This document shows positions 13,697 through 28,143 of a stretch of DNA of 64,000 nt, piece after piece (the first letter of the stretch is position 1; the number at the start of each line of letters is the position of its first letter). Made by a program: the position numbers and the translations under genes. The stretch is taken from NCBI GenBank assembly GCA_964016885.1, contig OZ024759.1, positions 30,318,001 to 30,382,000 of the forward strand, in the 5' to 3' direction. Origin of the DNA: Eledone cirrhosa. Taxonomy: Eukaryota. The notes beneath the pieces were generated by a model that had not been told where the DNA came from, did not search any database, and saw only the letters and a program-made list of their open reading frames with translations.

Positions 13697-13697
<1 letters not shown>
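13519..13697. mobile_element. Family A fold-back element with 42 bp arms
   Basis: Arms 13599-13640 and 13656-13697; TA-flanked. Confidence 0.85.
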
Positions 13698-13759
<62 letters not shown>

Positions 13760-16014
13760 CGTGTGCATATATGTGTGTATGTATGTATGCATGTATGTAT
13801 GTATATATATAGTATAATATAGTATAGAGAGACTACCGCATGTATAAATGTATTTATCTGGTCTACATAGCTATCTATTTGTATAATTATCTGTTTACCT
13901 ACTTCTCTTCCGACTTTGGCATAAATCAATTTGTATGTTTATCTATCGATCTGTCTATCTATCTAGCTACATATATACCTACCAACCCATCTATCTACCT
14001 ATCTACCAACCCATCTATCAACCTAGCTACCTACCAAACCATCTATTTACCAATCTGTCTATCTACTTTGCTACATACCAATCTCGGTATTTTACGAACT
14101 AAGCAATGTCATGTTGAACCTCAGCAAGATATATACGGCGACATATATAGCGGCAAACAATTGACATAAATAGCTGCAAAGCATTTTTGTTCGACCCACT
14201 AAAGTTTCTGACAACTCATCGTACATAAATGGCGCCGTAACAAAGTCGCAATATAATGACTGAATACACGTTGAAAATAATACAATGTTCGTGAACCCTA
14301 CGACATGTTCGCACAAGATTCAACTTTACTGTAACCTAGATACTCTTTTCATTAAATATACTTTTTTTACTTATCAGTTAATGTAAAACTCTCAAAGCAA
14401 AATCGTTTCTGTACATGGCAGATGTCTATTTAGGGTCTAATGAGTGATTCGAGGGCATTTATTGCTAGGGCGGGAGTTACACAGCGATTAAACAAGACAT
14501 GTATTTGTATCTCTCTCCTTTTGTTAATACTATTACGAATTTCACGATGACCTATTGCGCTGTCTATTCTTTATTCATTGCATATACGCTCAGTAATATA
14601 TATATATATATTAATATATATCAACAGTGTGTGTGGACTTCTGGTAAGTGTGTTGAACTTACGATCATAATATCATGGGTTCAATTCCTGGACTGGGTTG
14701 TGTTCAAATGGAAGGTAAAAGCCAAGAAGGAAGTAAAATATCGTGTTCAATATCAATTATTGAGATTATGGGGGGGGGGGGGTATATGAGAGAGGTCTTA
14801 AACGAAATAATAGATGTCTCGGAGACGAAATCATACACACAACGGCCCCCATTTTTTAAATACAATTCTGCTTATTTAAAAGAAAAGCTTGTCATCATAA
14901 TTCTCTGCTAGAACCGTACCTAAAGTTTGTTCCAAACACCACATGACTGACTGATGAAAAAGATAGTTACAAAATCTTTTCACATTTTTAATGATTTTCA
15001 AAATCATATGTAGGTGGTGCTATTAAGATAGACATGGCCTGGGCCAATACTGGTCGAAACCTAACAAAGTGTCTTTCATTTGAAATATGGTAACGAAATG
15101 GCTTAACAGTGGAATGAGAGAACGAAGAAGATAGCTTAGTGGGGTAAAAAACAAATAATGATCTAATGACATGTATTTCAAGCAAGTCTGTTGAGTACAT
15201 ATTCTGACAACATAGTATATAGTCACACTAGCTTTTCAAACTACATTCAACGCTCCTTTTTTTCTTTTGTGGAGGGTGTAGGAAAGAGTCAATAGAGCAT
15301 GCTTTATCATCTATTCATTAAACCTATATAATAAAGGTTTTTCGACTTGTAACCTTCTATGATGTCTCGTTACAATTGCTGAAATTTCAAAGAAATTTCC
15401 TGTTTACACAATAGCTCTGCTTCACTCACGCATATCTTTAAGACGGATTGGGTGAAAAGAAACGTTTGAGAAAAGCAACCATTGATAGGTTAGAAATAAT
15501 CAAATGATTTTTGTTGCTAGGACCTACCTAGCTATGTTTTAATTACACCCTAGACTGACGACAAACTCGTGGTACTTTTAGCTGCGGTCGTAATGACTGA
15601 AAGAATACATTTGTGTAATAAACGAAAAAATACGATCACGCAATGACCGAAATAATATGATTACGAAAGAATACACCAAGAATATGGCGGCCCTACGACA
15701 CAATCAGGGGTTACAGGAACATACCATACCATATATATCTTTCTCACATCCATTCTCTCATTCTCTATCTTTCTTTGGGGTAAGACATGGGCTCCACCTG
15801 TTTTTTAAAAAATGCCATAAATTGCCGTATGTCAATATGCGCCCCCCCATACCACTCCATCAGGAGCTACGAGACCTCACCCGTCTATTTTTCACTCCCA
15901 CCTTCAATATGCCCAATCTCAAATCTTTTCTCCGCCAGCTCCATTCTACTCTAAAGACATTTTTTTCCAATTACAACCCGCCCGTCCCCTCAATCTATCT
16001 TATTTCTCATTATT

Positions 16015-16050
16015 TCTTCTGATGAAGGACTAGCGTCCGAAACGTTAAGA
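16015..16050 (+). ncRNA. Minimal type I hammerhead ribozyme motif (family D)
   Basis: tctt CTGATGA a GGAC tagc GTCC GAA ACGT T aaga; related copy on minus at ~40533-40568, degenerate copy at ~27567. Confidence 0.65.
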
Positions 16051-16139
16051 CTCTCTTCCTGTTATATCAAGCGTTAACCTAATATATCCCTTCCATATAC
16101 TGTACCGATTGTGTTGTTATTTCTGTTTACCTTTTACAT

Positions 16140-16495
16140 ACAACATATATACGTATCTTTCTCGCTTATATTCTCTAACTCTCTATCCTTCTCTGTAATA
16201 AAGCTACTGTATTCAGACCTGGAGAGTGGACAGGTTCTGTCTAGCTTTAAACTTGCCCTAGAAACGCCGTATGTCAATGTGGCCCCCTTATGACTCCGTC
16301 AGGAGCTACGGGACCATACTAAAACATATATATCTCTCTCTCGCTTATATTCTCTAACTCTCTATCCTTCTCTGTAATAAAGCTACTGTATTCAGACCTG
16401 GAGAGGAGCAGACGGGTTCTGTCTGGCTTTAAAATTGCCCTAGAAACGACATGTGTAAAGACGGTACCCCTACAACTTCATCCGGATTTACGGGA
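16140..16495. repeat. Tandem duplication of a ~180 bp dispersed repeat
   Basis: ctcgcttatattctctaactctctatccttctctgtaataaagctactgtattcagacctggagag twice; related sequence near 15720-15880 and 37070-37195. Confidence 0.8.
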
Positions 16496-17069
16496 AGAAG
16501 CATAAGAAAATGAAATGTAATATATATAGAAGAAAAGAAAATCGCCAATATTCGCCATTTATTTTTTAGTTTTCTAGTTCATACATTTTATTTATTTTTT
16601 CAAATTTAATTTAATTTTAGTATAATTCTCCTTTTCCTGTATCGATCTTTCAGAGCTATTTAATGTAATGTTTCAATGAACAAAGGGTATATTTAACAAT
16701 TCAAAATTCGATTACTATTTTTAAAATTCAGCCTTTTCCAATAAACAGTACCTCGTTTGAAAAATTACGTTTTATTTTATTTTTCTTCTTAAATTTGTTT
16801 TTTAAACTCTGTTTATTTAAATATAAATTTAAGCAGTTGAACGTTTAAACAAGAAGACTGCAATCGCTGATTAGGTTTCTAATGAATTAAGTGGGACGTA
16901 ATGGTATGGAAATATACAGTTTGATCAATAATGTCACGGAATATATTTTAAAATATATTCTGCGATAATTTATTTAAATAAAAACGACGACGACAGCAGC
17001 AGCAGCAGCAGCAACAGCAACAACAACAACAACAACAGCAGCAGCAACAACAACAACTTTAACAATAAT

Positions 17070-17465
17070 CATAATTGTTTCTACTTTAGGCGCAAGGCCA
17101 GAAATTTTTGGGGAGGGGAAATTCGATTTAATCGACCCCAGTGCATTACTGGTACTTTATTTTATCAACCCCGTAATAATGAAAGGCAAAGTTAACCTCG
17201 GCGAGATTTGGACTCGACACATAAAGGACCGGAACTCTATGCCACTAAGCATGCTATCCGACGCTCTACCGATACTGCCAATCCACCACCCTAAATATCA
17301 ATAATAATTGTTTCTAGTTTTCGCACAAGGCCAGCAATTACCCAGTGCATTACTGGTATTTTATTTTATCGACAGGATTTGAACTCAGACAGTAAAGGGT
17401 CAAAACTATATGCCGCTAAGCTTGTTATCCGACGCTCTACAGATACTGCCAACTCACCACCCTAA
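17070..17465 (-). mobile_element. Two tandem SINE S1 copies
   Basis: Reverse-complement core and heads ctctaccgatactgccaatccacc. Confidence 0.85.
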
Positions 17466-17849
17466 TATTAATAATAATAATAATAATAATAGTAGTAGCA
17501 GTGGTAGTAGTAATGGCGGTAGTAGTAGCAGCAGCAGTAGCAGCAGCAGTAGTAGTAGTAATAGTAGTATACAATGTTCGTGTTATCTTCAGCAAATGAA
17601 AAAAAAAAAAAAAAAAAAAACTTCATATTAAGCAAGAATTTCATGTATGATATTTAATGATTGGACAGAAAATTTAGATGTTTATCAGTGCATTAATTAA
17701 TAAATTAATTAACAGATCCAATCAGCAACAATATTCTATAGATATTGATTGGTGATTTTGTTTTTTAACTCCAAGCGTGATTTCTTCAAGAGGGAAAACA
17801 GACTCCATGTTGATAGCCATCAAAGACACTTGAGTTACTTGTTGATGTA

Positions 17850-18136
17850 ATCATACGTACAGGGACATACTGACACATACATACACATACAGACGTACAG
17901 ACACATACATACACATACAGACGTACAGGGACATACATACACATACAGAGACACACAGATACACACACAGGCGTACAGGGACATACATACACATACAGAC
18001 GTACAGGGACATACAGACACATACAGAGACACACAGATACACACACAGGCGTACAGGGACATACATATACAGACATGGATACACAGACATATATATACAC
18101 ATACAGAGACACACAGACACTTACAGGGATACAGGG

Positions 18137-18188
<52 letters not shown>

Positions 18189-18540
18189 GGATACAGAGAG
18201 AAAGAGAGAGACAGACACATCCAGAGACGCGCACACAGAGATGCACATACAGAGACGCACAGACACACAGGGACACACACATACAGGTACGCATATGCAC
18301 ATACAGAGAGGCATATATACATGCTGGGATGCACATACACACACAGACACACAGACGCATGCAGAGACGCACGTACACACATAGAGACACACAGGGATAC
18401 ACATATACACACAGGGATACACATAGAAAGACGCACATACAGATACAGTGAGGCATAAACACACACTGGGATGCACATACGCACACTGGGGTGTACACAC
18501 GTACACACAGGGACGCATACACACACACTGGATGCACATA
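17850..18540. repeat. Degenerate CA-rich minisatellite
   Basis: Recurrent cgtacagggacatac / cagggatacac units. Confidence 0.85.
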
Positions 18541-18629
18541 AATGCAATAAATATGTGATGGTATTATGTAACAACGTAATGAAGATGTGAGGTTGTTGCA
18601 TAGTGGTGTAATAAACATGTGATGTAACT

Positions 18630-19110
18630 CTGTCGCTAAGCAGGTTGTCCGACGCTCTACAGATTCTGCTAATGCACCCTTGACATAATTGTTTCTACTT
18701 TTGGCACAAGGCCAGCAAATATCACCAGTACATTACTGGTACTTTATTTTATCGACCCCGTAAGGATGAAAGGCAAAGCTAACCTCGGCGGGATTTGAAC
18801 TCAGAACATAAAGTGCCATAACTCTATGCCGCTAAGTATGTTGTCCGACGACGCTCTACAGATTCTGTTAATCCACCCTTGAAATAATGGTTTCTTATAT
18901 AGGCACAAGGCCAGCAATTTTTTCGGGGGGGGGGGGGTCGATTGAACCGACCCTAGTGCATTACTGGTACTTTATTTTATCGACATCGTAAGGATGAAAG
19001 TCAAAGCTAACCGCTCGGCAGGATTTAAATTCAGAACGTAAAGTGCCAAAACTCTATACCGCTAAGTATGTTGTCCGACACTCTACAGATGCTGCTAATC
19101 CACCCTTGAC
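18630..19110 (-). mobile_element. Head-to-tail SINE S1 array (~2.5 units)
   Basis: Shared variant head ctctacaga(t)tctgctaat.cacccttga in all units. Confidence 0.85.
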
Positions 19111-19558
19111 ATAATAACAACAGATCTATTTTATTGAACGACATACCAACAACAACAAAACTATCTAATAGATATCGTAAACATCTTCATAGGCAACATT
19201 GCCTAAGTTATAAGAAATTTTTCTCGTCTACATCTCAGAGTGTACATCAGTAAATGTCAACAATTTTTTCTTTCTTTCTCGTTTTTTTTTTTCAACGAAC
19301 AAAGAAACGTATTCACTATTGAAATACTTTCAGATATTTTAATCTTTTTTGAGATATTTTTAACCGTTTCCATTATAAATGTTAAATTAATCGATTTTTT
19401 CCTTATATCTGTGAATTGTTGTGTTATTTAGTTTTATTTCATTTTAACTTCCATTTCTAATGCGGTTTTTCAAAATATAATTATTTACACCTGAGTGCAG
19501 GAAGTATTTAGCTACCGATAAGGGAATTTCAAAGCGAAATTATTCCGAAAAAATTATA

Positions 19559-20088
19559 CGAGGGAGCCTTAAAAAATTCGTGGAAAAAGTACATAGCTAA
19601 AATTCATATGCAGACATTGTGATCTCAATGCAACTTTACGTTCTCTTACTAACGTGTCATAACATGTAACATGACCCCTTAAATGCAGTGCCAGTCGGAA
19701 GTCAGCACACGCTCGAGCAACATGGCCTCCATCAAATTCATTGGTGAAGCCAGGGTGAAAGAGCAGCCAAATCTTTGACACTCTGGAGCAAATTTATGGG
19801 GACAATGCTCCAAAGAAATCAACATCCTACAAATGGATAAGTCGTTTTAGAAGTGGAAGAGATGAGGTTGAAGATGATCCTCAGTTGAAGATGTAAAAAA
19901 AGCTGTTTTGACATGGCGTAAATCGCATGGCTCTCAGTTTATACACAGATGAACTTCAAGGTTGGTATCAACGTTTGTAGCAGAACTGTATTGACCAAGA
20001 TGGAGCATGTGTGGAAAAATAAGCATCATAACTTAAACCATTTTTTCCAACTGTCCTTTCCCCCACTGAACTTTACGAAGCACCCTCG
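19559..20088 (+). mobile_element. Internally deleted mariner (Hsmar2/irritans-like)
   Basis: TIRs ta|cgagggagccttaaaaaattc and gaactttacgaagcaccctcg|ta; translates SSQIFDTLEQIYGDNAPKKSTSYKWISRFRSGRDEVEDDP, then jumps to C-terminal VKKAVLTW. Confidence 0.85.
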
Positions 20089-21090
20089 TAAAACTGTCGT
20101 GTTTGTGTATAAAGTAAAGACCCCCTTCGATCACGAATGACCACAGCATTTACACATAGAAAGTTCCCGTCGAGGCACAAGTCCGGGCAAGGTTGTTCGT
20201 GGAAAACCATCAGTCGCCCATGCATACCAGTCTCTCCTCTACACGCCACCGATGTTGTCCAAGGGAAAGACAAAGGCTGATACAGCTTGGCAGCAGTGAC
20301 GTCACAACATTTATATACATTAGAGACTATATATGCACTCTATACAATATATCCACCCTATATATGATGCACTCTATACAATATCTATATATATATACAC
20401 TATATATGATGTTGTCTAAGGGAAAGACAATGGCCAATACAATATGATGCAATATATACACTATATATGATGTTGTCCAAGGGAAAGTCAATGGCCGATA
20501 CAGCTTGGCACCATTATATATGATCATATATATACCTTTATATATATATATACTCCCATCATTAAACACGCTATGTTATTGCTAGAGCTAAGAAATAATC
20601 ATGTCTTTAAATTATTCTATTAATCATTTACTAATTAAATTTCCTAAGACATTTTCATTTAATGAAGACACATTCTCTCAGTAAGATATTTGGATGAATA
20701 CGATAAATGTGGGGTGGTGAGTGCACTTTTAGCGTGTTGATAATCAATACGGCGAACTGAATTAATTACGCGAATTATATCGCCTTCAGTTCGATTGCTA
20801 GTCATCGATATCATGAAAAAAAAAATGACCGATAAGATATAAAAAAAATAGAGAGGAGAAAACGAAAAAAAAAAATCATGTCGGATTGTAACTAGGACTG
20901 ACTATATTTTGAGTTCGAGTGGCTCTGAGGGAAAGGGGTTATTTTTCGATACTGCAGAGTCGATAAATATACCAGACATTGTTGTTCTTGTTGTGAGGCA
21001 CCAGATCAGACCTGTTGGGGCAGGACTATCATAAAAAAACGCTCCTCCAGTGGTATGACCATCTAGTTTTTCAACAACGGTGAAAACGCG

Positions 21091-21172
<82 letters not shown>

Positions 21173-21174
21173 TG

Positions 21175-21205
<31 letters not shown>

Positions 21206-21408
21206 GCACGCACACACACACACGCGCGACGGTTGCAGCCTGATGATGTCCAGGGCCTCCGTACCAACTTGAACACAAAAGATCTAGGCCAAACCATATA
21301 TGTATCGAAACTTTAACATAGTATTATATATATATATATCAGAAAGGGCGTGGTAAAATACCAAGTGGACCAGTACACGGATCTAGCCGTTGGGGTCCTG
21401 AATCTTTT

Positions 21409-21443
<35 letters not shown>

Positions 21444-21692
21444 TAAATTTTTGCTCTATTTATAAAATTTTTGCTCTACGGTTCTTATATATTTGATATA
21501 TATTTATCCTTATCGAGCCCTCTTTGGATTTTAGTCTTCAAATTTATTATTATTACTATATATATATATATATACAAATATAAATTAGCGAGAATCGTAT
21601 TTCGGCTATTGGAAATTAGCGAAAAACAACTTCCGAAATGTGTGGCAAGCGCTCCATAGATGCTAGTGAAAAACTGCAATTCTTATTACCCC

Positions 21693-21762
<70 letters not shown>

Positions 21763-22324
21763 TCTGCAAACTACAGCTGCTTGAAACCTAGAGCACAACC
21801 CAACGAGAAACAGACACCCTAACAGCATCGAGTGCTTCGACCAGCGTCGCCGTTAGCAAGAATGAAGGAGGCTTTTCAGAAGTAAATCGGAGAAAAATTC
21901 AGTTACATAAGGCAAAAAATAGAGAAAAAGTTAGCGTTACATTTGTTACGCTGTGTGTGAGTGTATGTTTATGAGTGTGTTTGGGTAAATGTATGTGTGT
22001 GTGTGTTTGCGTAAAAAAAATTCTAGTCTCTAAATTGGACACAGTATGTTCTAAAAACTAGTTGTATATAATAAAATAAATAAACTGCGTCTAACATTAT
22101 TTCATTTGTTTTCCATCAACTATCCAATATCCCAGCCTCATACGATAATAGTTTCTCATTTTTATCTTTTATCTTTTACGTGAGAGCTGTCCAATATTTC
22201 GGCAACGATTCTCCATTAGTTAGAATAAACACGAGCGTAAAACAATCAACCCACATACTATATTTCTATGGAAGGACATGGGTGCTGTTATCAAGTGGTT
22301 GAAAAATTACGGCAAAATAACAAA

Positions 22325-23861
22325 TATTGCTTTCTGATTTAGGCACAAGGTCCAACACTTTTGGAGAAAGTTGAAGTCGATTAAATCGACCCCAGTACAT
22401 TACTGGCACTTTAAAATTAAAGTCTTACTATAATAATTGTTTCTACTTTTGGCACAAGGCCAACAATTATCTCAGTGCATTACTGGTACTTTATCGACTC
22501 CGTAAGGATGAAAAGCAAAGCTTACCTCGGCGGAATTTGAAATCAGAACATAAAAGGCCATAACTCTATGCCACAAAGCATGTTGTCCAACGCTCTACCG
22601 ATAAAGGGTGTGAAGGCGGTAATAATTGTTTCTGATGTTGACACAAGGGCAACAATTTTAGATTATTTTTCAACATAGTCCCTGGATTCATAAGAAAAGT
22701 TGAAATTAATGCATGCAAGATTTCACAGCTCTAGTATAACTCCTTCATAGTCAGCCTATGAACCTTTCAGCCCATTCGAACAGTTTGTATCATATGATCA
22801 GAGAGGTTTAAAGCGTTATATAATTAAAAGGGTTTTCTAGCAAAGGTCTAGAATCTAGGTGTCATGGCAACAAAGGGCGGTATAGTATTAAAAGGATTTC
22901 TATGCAAAAGTTCTAGAACAGTGGTCCCCATCCATGTGTGCTCCATGCCCCACCTCAACATCATAAATATCTTTATGCCCCACGTAGATACAAAAACAGC
23001 GATGATCAACTACAAAGTGTAAACAAATTGGCGTATGGCTGATACCAGATGTACAATAACATGCGTGGAGGAGGTGAGACAGGTGTTTCTGACAGTAATG
23101 TCTACCAAAGTTACCTTGGTGTAGGTGATGTAACATGTCGGGAGAAGGTGAGACATGAGTTTCCGACAGTAATTTGTTCCAAAGTTACCTTGGTGTAAAA
23201 GTAAAAAGATAAAACCTGAAGTTTGTTCTCATTAACATCATTTTCAAATTGTCACATTGAATATTCAAATTGCTCTCTATGGGGATTCTAAAACCCATGG
23301 TCTAGAATCTAGGTGTCATGGCAAAAAAGTGAAGTACAATATTGGTTTCTGATTTGAAGGGAAAGTGTAATATTGTTTCTACCTTTGGCAGAAGCCAGCA
23401 ATTACCCAGTAAATTACTGGTACTTTATTTTATCGACCCCGTAAGCATGAAAGGCAAAGATAATCTTGGTGGGATTTGAACTTAGACCATAAAGAGCCGT
23501 AACTCTTTGCTGCATAGCATGGCATCAGACCCTCTCCCGATACTGCCAATCCACCGCCAGGGATGTTCAATATTAAAACGGTTTTATAACAAAAGCCTCT
23601 AGAATCTAGGTGTAATGGCAACAATGGGTATCCATACAAAGATAGGAGTTTTTAAGAATTTAAATAACTAAAGCAGGCGTATAGTTGGCACCTCGAGATT
23701 AGGAATGAAAACAAGACTTAAAAATTCGGTCTGAAGGTGAAGGTTTCTGTGTAAATGACAAACGGGGTAAATATCCCCATAACTTAAACTCTCTTACAAG
23801 GAGTCCAGAAATTTTAATTAATAAATAACAATAAACTAAAGTAACCCCCCCCCCATCCCCC

Positions 23862-23899
<38 letters not shown>

Positions 23900-24160
23900 G
23901 TGTGTACTTACATACATATATATACGTACATATACATGTATGCATATATATACATTTATATACACATACATATATACATATATATTTAATTACACACACA
24001 TATATATAAATAATTGTTTCTACGTTAGGCACAAGGCCAGCAATTACCCAGTGCATTACTGGTACTTTATTTTATCGACCCCGTAAGGATGAAAGGCAAA
24101 GTTAACCTCGGCGGGATTTGAACTCAGAATGGCAAGGGCCGTAACTCTATACGTCAAAGC
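22325..24160 (-). mobile_element. Several SINE S1 copies (about 22325-22660, 23370-23560, 24012-24160)
   Basis: Reverse-complement core tactggtactttattttatcgaccccgtaag. Confidence 0.8.
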
Positions 24161-24273
24161 ATAAATAATCATATACATATATGTTTCTATGTATATATAC
24201 ATGAGTGGACACGTGTGTGTGTGTGTATGTATATATATATATATGTATATATATATGTATATATATATATATA

Positions 24274-24652
24274 CGAGGGCAATCCCAAAAGTAAGGTATC
24301 CTTCCAATATTGCAACTTTTCCGTTAAAATCCTGTGGATGGTGCTTCGGGAAACCTCAGGAACCAAAATGCAGAGAGCTTCCAGAGTGATCCACCGATCT
24401 TTACGCATGTTTTCCTCGGAAGGAGACCTTACTTTTGGGATTGCCCTCGTATATAATAACTGCGCGAAATTCGCAGTTGGCGGTAGCATTCAACGGGAGC
24501 TCCATTATCAAAGTCTGCCAAGCCAAGATTGAGCATCCCAGCGAAGCGCGAGCATGCTTGTTTGGGAGTGCAGGAAGCACCAATCACAACAGTGTTGCCA
24601 ACAGCCGAACGAACAGTTTCTCTTTGAAGACCTTACCTTTTGGATTACCCTC
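24274..24652 (-). mobile_element. Rearranged mariner with three TIRs and transposase fragments
   Basis: TIR tacgagggcaatcccaaaagtaagg at 24272 with inverted copies at ~24427-24450 and ~24631-24654; MELPLNATANCEFRAVII (N-terminus) and EENMRKDRWITLEALC..VSRSTIHRILTEKLQY (HTH-like). Confidence 0.85.
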
Positions 24653-24851
24653 GTATATATATATATATATATATATATATGCATGTGTGTGTGTGTACGA
24701 CCTTATGTATGTTACCATCTATACAATTCACATAGAAATGACTTCTATAGGGCTGGAGCTGTTTCATTCGTTTTCAACTATCAAATGATTTCAAACGAAA
24801 CGGTACTCCTATAGCAGTCACTGTTATATATATAGATATAGATATGTATGC

Positions 24852-24885
<34 letters not shown>

Positions 24886-24892
24886 AGTGTAT

Positions 24893-24950
<58 letters not shown>

Positions 24951-25154
24951 ATACACTTATATATAATATATATATTTATGTGAATACAATCACGAATGTA
25001 TAGATTTTTACCTATTCTGAAGCTGTCAACTACATGAGGTGGTACTTTTATGCAACTTGTGAAAGGCGGAGTGAAATGTTTTAGGCTAAACATTTTTCAC
25101 AGAAATCACAATAAATTGTTTCCATATACCTTTTTGTTTTTTTTTGCCTATAAA

Positions 25155-25216
<62 letters not shown>

Positions 25217-25251
25217 TATATATATATATGAATTCACACACACACACACGA

Positions 25252-25292
<41 letters not shown>

Positions 25293-25981
25293 TATATATA
25301 TATATGAATTCACACACACACACACGAACATATATATATATATATATATATATAATATACTGCATTGTATCCAATCAAATTATATCGAACTGAATCGAAT
25401 ATAGTATTCTCAAGAGTTGTTACACAAATAAATATTTATACTAAAAATAAAATACAACAACAACAACAAAAATACAATAAAAGTCAAGCACGTCTTTAAC
25501 AAAAAAATATTACAAAAAAATAATTTTTTTAACATTTATATTTTGCGCTAATTCACCCTACTCAGGGATCGATACCTGAATACAAATTGATTCAAGCAGA
25601 AAGTTCACACTGCTCACATTTTATGCAACAGCTGCATTTTTATTGTTGTTTTTCTTTTTTTTAATTATTATTCTGTTGTGTAATATTGTATAACTGTGTG
25701 TGTGTATACGAATGAATATATACATATCTATACATACACATATATATACATATCTATACATACACATGTATATATACATATCTATACATACACATATATA
25801 TATATATACATATATATATATACCTACACACATATATATACATATCTATACATACATATATATACATATCTATACAAACATATATATATACATATCAATA
25901 CAAACATATATATATATATACATATCAATACAAACATATATATATACATATCAATACAAACATATATATATATACATATCT

Positions 25982-26047
<66 letters not shown>

Positions 26048-26103
26048 CTATACAAACGTATATATATACATATCTATACATATACACACAGACACACACA
26101 CAT

Positions 26104-26152
<49 letters not shown>

Positions 26153-26195
26153 CGTGTGTGTGTGAAAAAATACATTTGTGCGTGTATGCATGAAC

Positions 26196-26227
<32 letters not shown>

Positions 26228-26259
26228 GTATATACATATATATATATATACATATATAC

Positions 26260-26329
<70 letters not shown>

Positions 26330-26779
26330 GTTGCTACATATATAGCGGCTTTTATAACATTTTCTACGTAGTATTTAAACTATGCACAAAAACCTTAAAA
26401 ATAGAGAGAAGCCGCAAGCTAGAACAAAGTTTTATATTCCCTTTTTTCTTTCTCACCCCCTCCCGGACCTTACCCCAGCCCTACCCTGCACCTATACATG
26501 GCTACGTTTGTATTCCTAGATGTAGGTTATATAGCGATATATACTTTTATATAACTGCTTTGTTTACAGCAATATTTTACATGAATATCTTGATAATAAT
26601 ATAGACACATACACACAAATCTGTATGTATGTATATATGTGTGTATGTATGTATGTGTTTATATATTGATGTATGTAGATATATATAGCTACAACTCTTC
26701 TACACAGACACACACACAAACACACACACACATATATATATATATATAGGTACAACTCATACACACATATATGTATATG

Positions 26780-26812
<33 letters not shown>

Positions 26813-26883
26813 TGATGTATATAGATATATATAGGTACAACTCTTATAAACACACACATCTATATGCATATATACAAATATAT

Positions 26884-26930
<47 letters not shown>

Positions 26931-27646
26931 CACGCATATATTGATTCCCACACACATTCACACAGACACTCACAAGGACACAGATACACAGATACACACG
27001 CATATAAACAGAAGATAGAGATAAGGACTTTAGTTGTGGCTGAGTGTGTGAAATAAAAACGAAAGAAAAAAAATCAGAAAACAAAAAATAGTTTTCATAA
27101 TAAAAGAGTGTTTATTTCTGAAAGCCTGCTGCAGAATAGTAGAACATTCTCATTCATATCATTGCTAGATGTATGGATTGCTGTTGGCAAGACAATATGA
27201 AGATTTAACTCTCACAAAATGGATGACAGGAAATCTGTAAACCTGCAGAATACAAGCTGGTGACAACTTTCTATCACATCCGGTTTACTGAATACAGAAA
27301 AACACATGAATGTCTCACGTGACAACTTAAAGAAGAGACATCATCTGTACAGAATCTCATAGATTGTAAGCCAAACGCTTTAACCACTAAACCATACGCA
27401 TTCATACACACATACACACACACACGAATACACGCACACATACACACACACACCCAAACACACACATACACACTCATATCTGACTGAATACACACATGAC
27501 TTATGAGTTCCTGCCTCTTCTCACTCACTATCTTTTTATTTCATCTCTTACCTCTCATTCTATATTCTGATGAACGATTAGTGCTCGCGACGCAAAGACT
27601 TTCCCAAACATATCAAGCTTTAAGGTACGTGTCCATCTCTGGCTAT

Positions 27647-27933
27647 GGTAAAAGCACCTGTCCAATACACCTGTTTTACTGACAAGTGAAAAGTCAACCT
27701 GAGGCAAGATAAAAGACACCTGTCATATACACCAATTACGTTGACAATGTAAGAATCTAACTGAGGCGATGCTAAAACCACCTGTCCACTTAACCAATTA
27801 CATTGACAAGGTAAAGAGTCTACCTGGTTCTATGGTAAAACCACCTGTCTACTAAACCGATTACATTGACAAGTTAATGGGTCTAACTGGGTCTATGGTA
27901 AAACCACATGTCCACTCCACCGATTACATTGGG
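27647..27933. repeat. Minisatellite, ~63 bp unit, ~4.5 copies
   Basis: ggtaaaaccacctgtccact.aaccgattacattgacaag... Confidence 0.9.
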
Positions 27934-28102
27934 TAATGAGTTAACTGTAAAAGAAAAACACCTCTCTAAGATGCCACACGGTGTCATTGCAGATTCCACA
28001 TGGAACCTTATAGCTATAAAACGAATTAAACCGTTTGGCCATGTTGCAACTAGCTATTCTCGCGTACACGTTATATTTAGACCATTTATCATAAACAAAT
28101 GG

Positions 28103-28143
<41 letters not shown>

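Noticed and set aside
21240-21315. CTGATGA...GAAAC as a hammerhead (also CTGATGA near 3872, 14951, 42852)
   Set aside because: No convincing stems I-III
27110-27242. Possible terminal exon on minus (also weak candidates at 17776-17850, 20902-21080, 28483-28533, 54900-55110)
   Set aside because: Splice signals are weak or expected by chance in AT-rich DNA; no homology recognised
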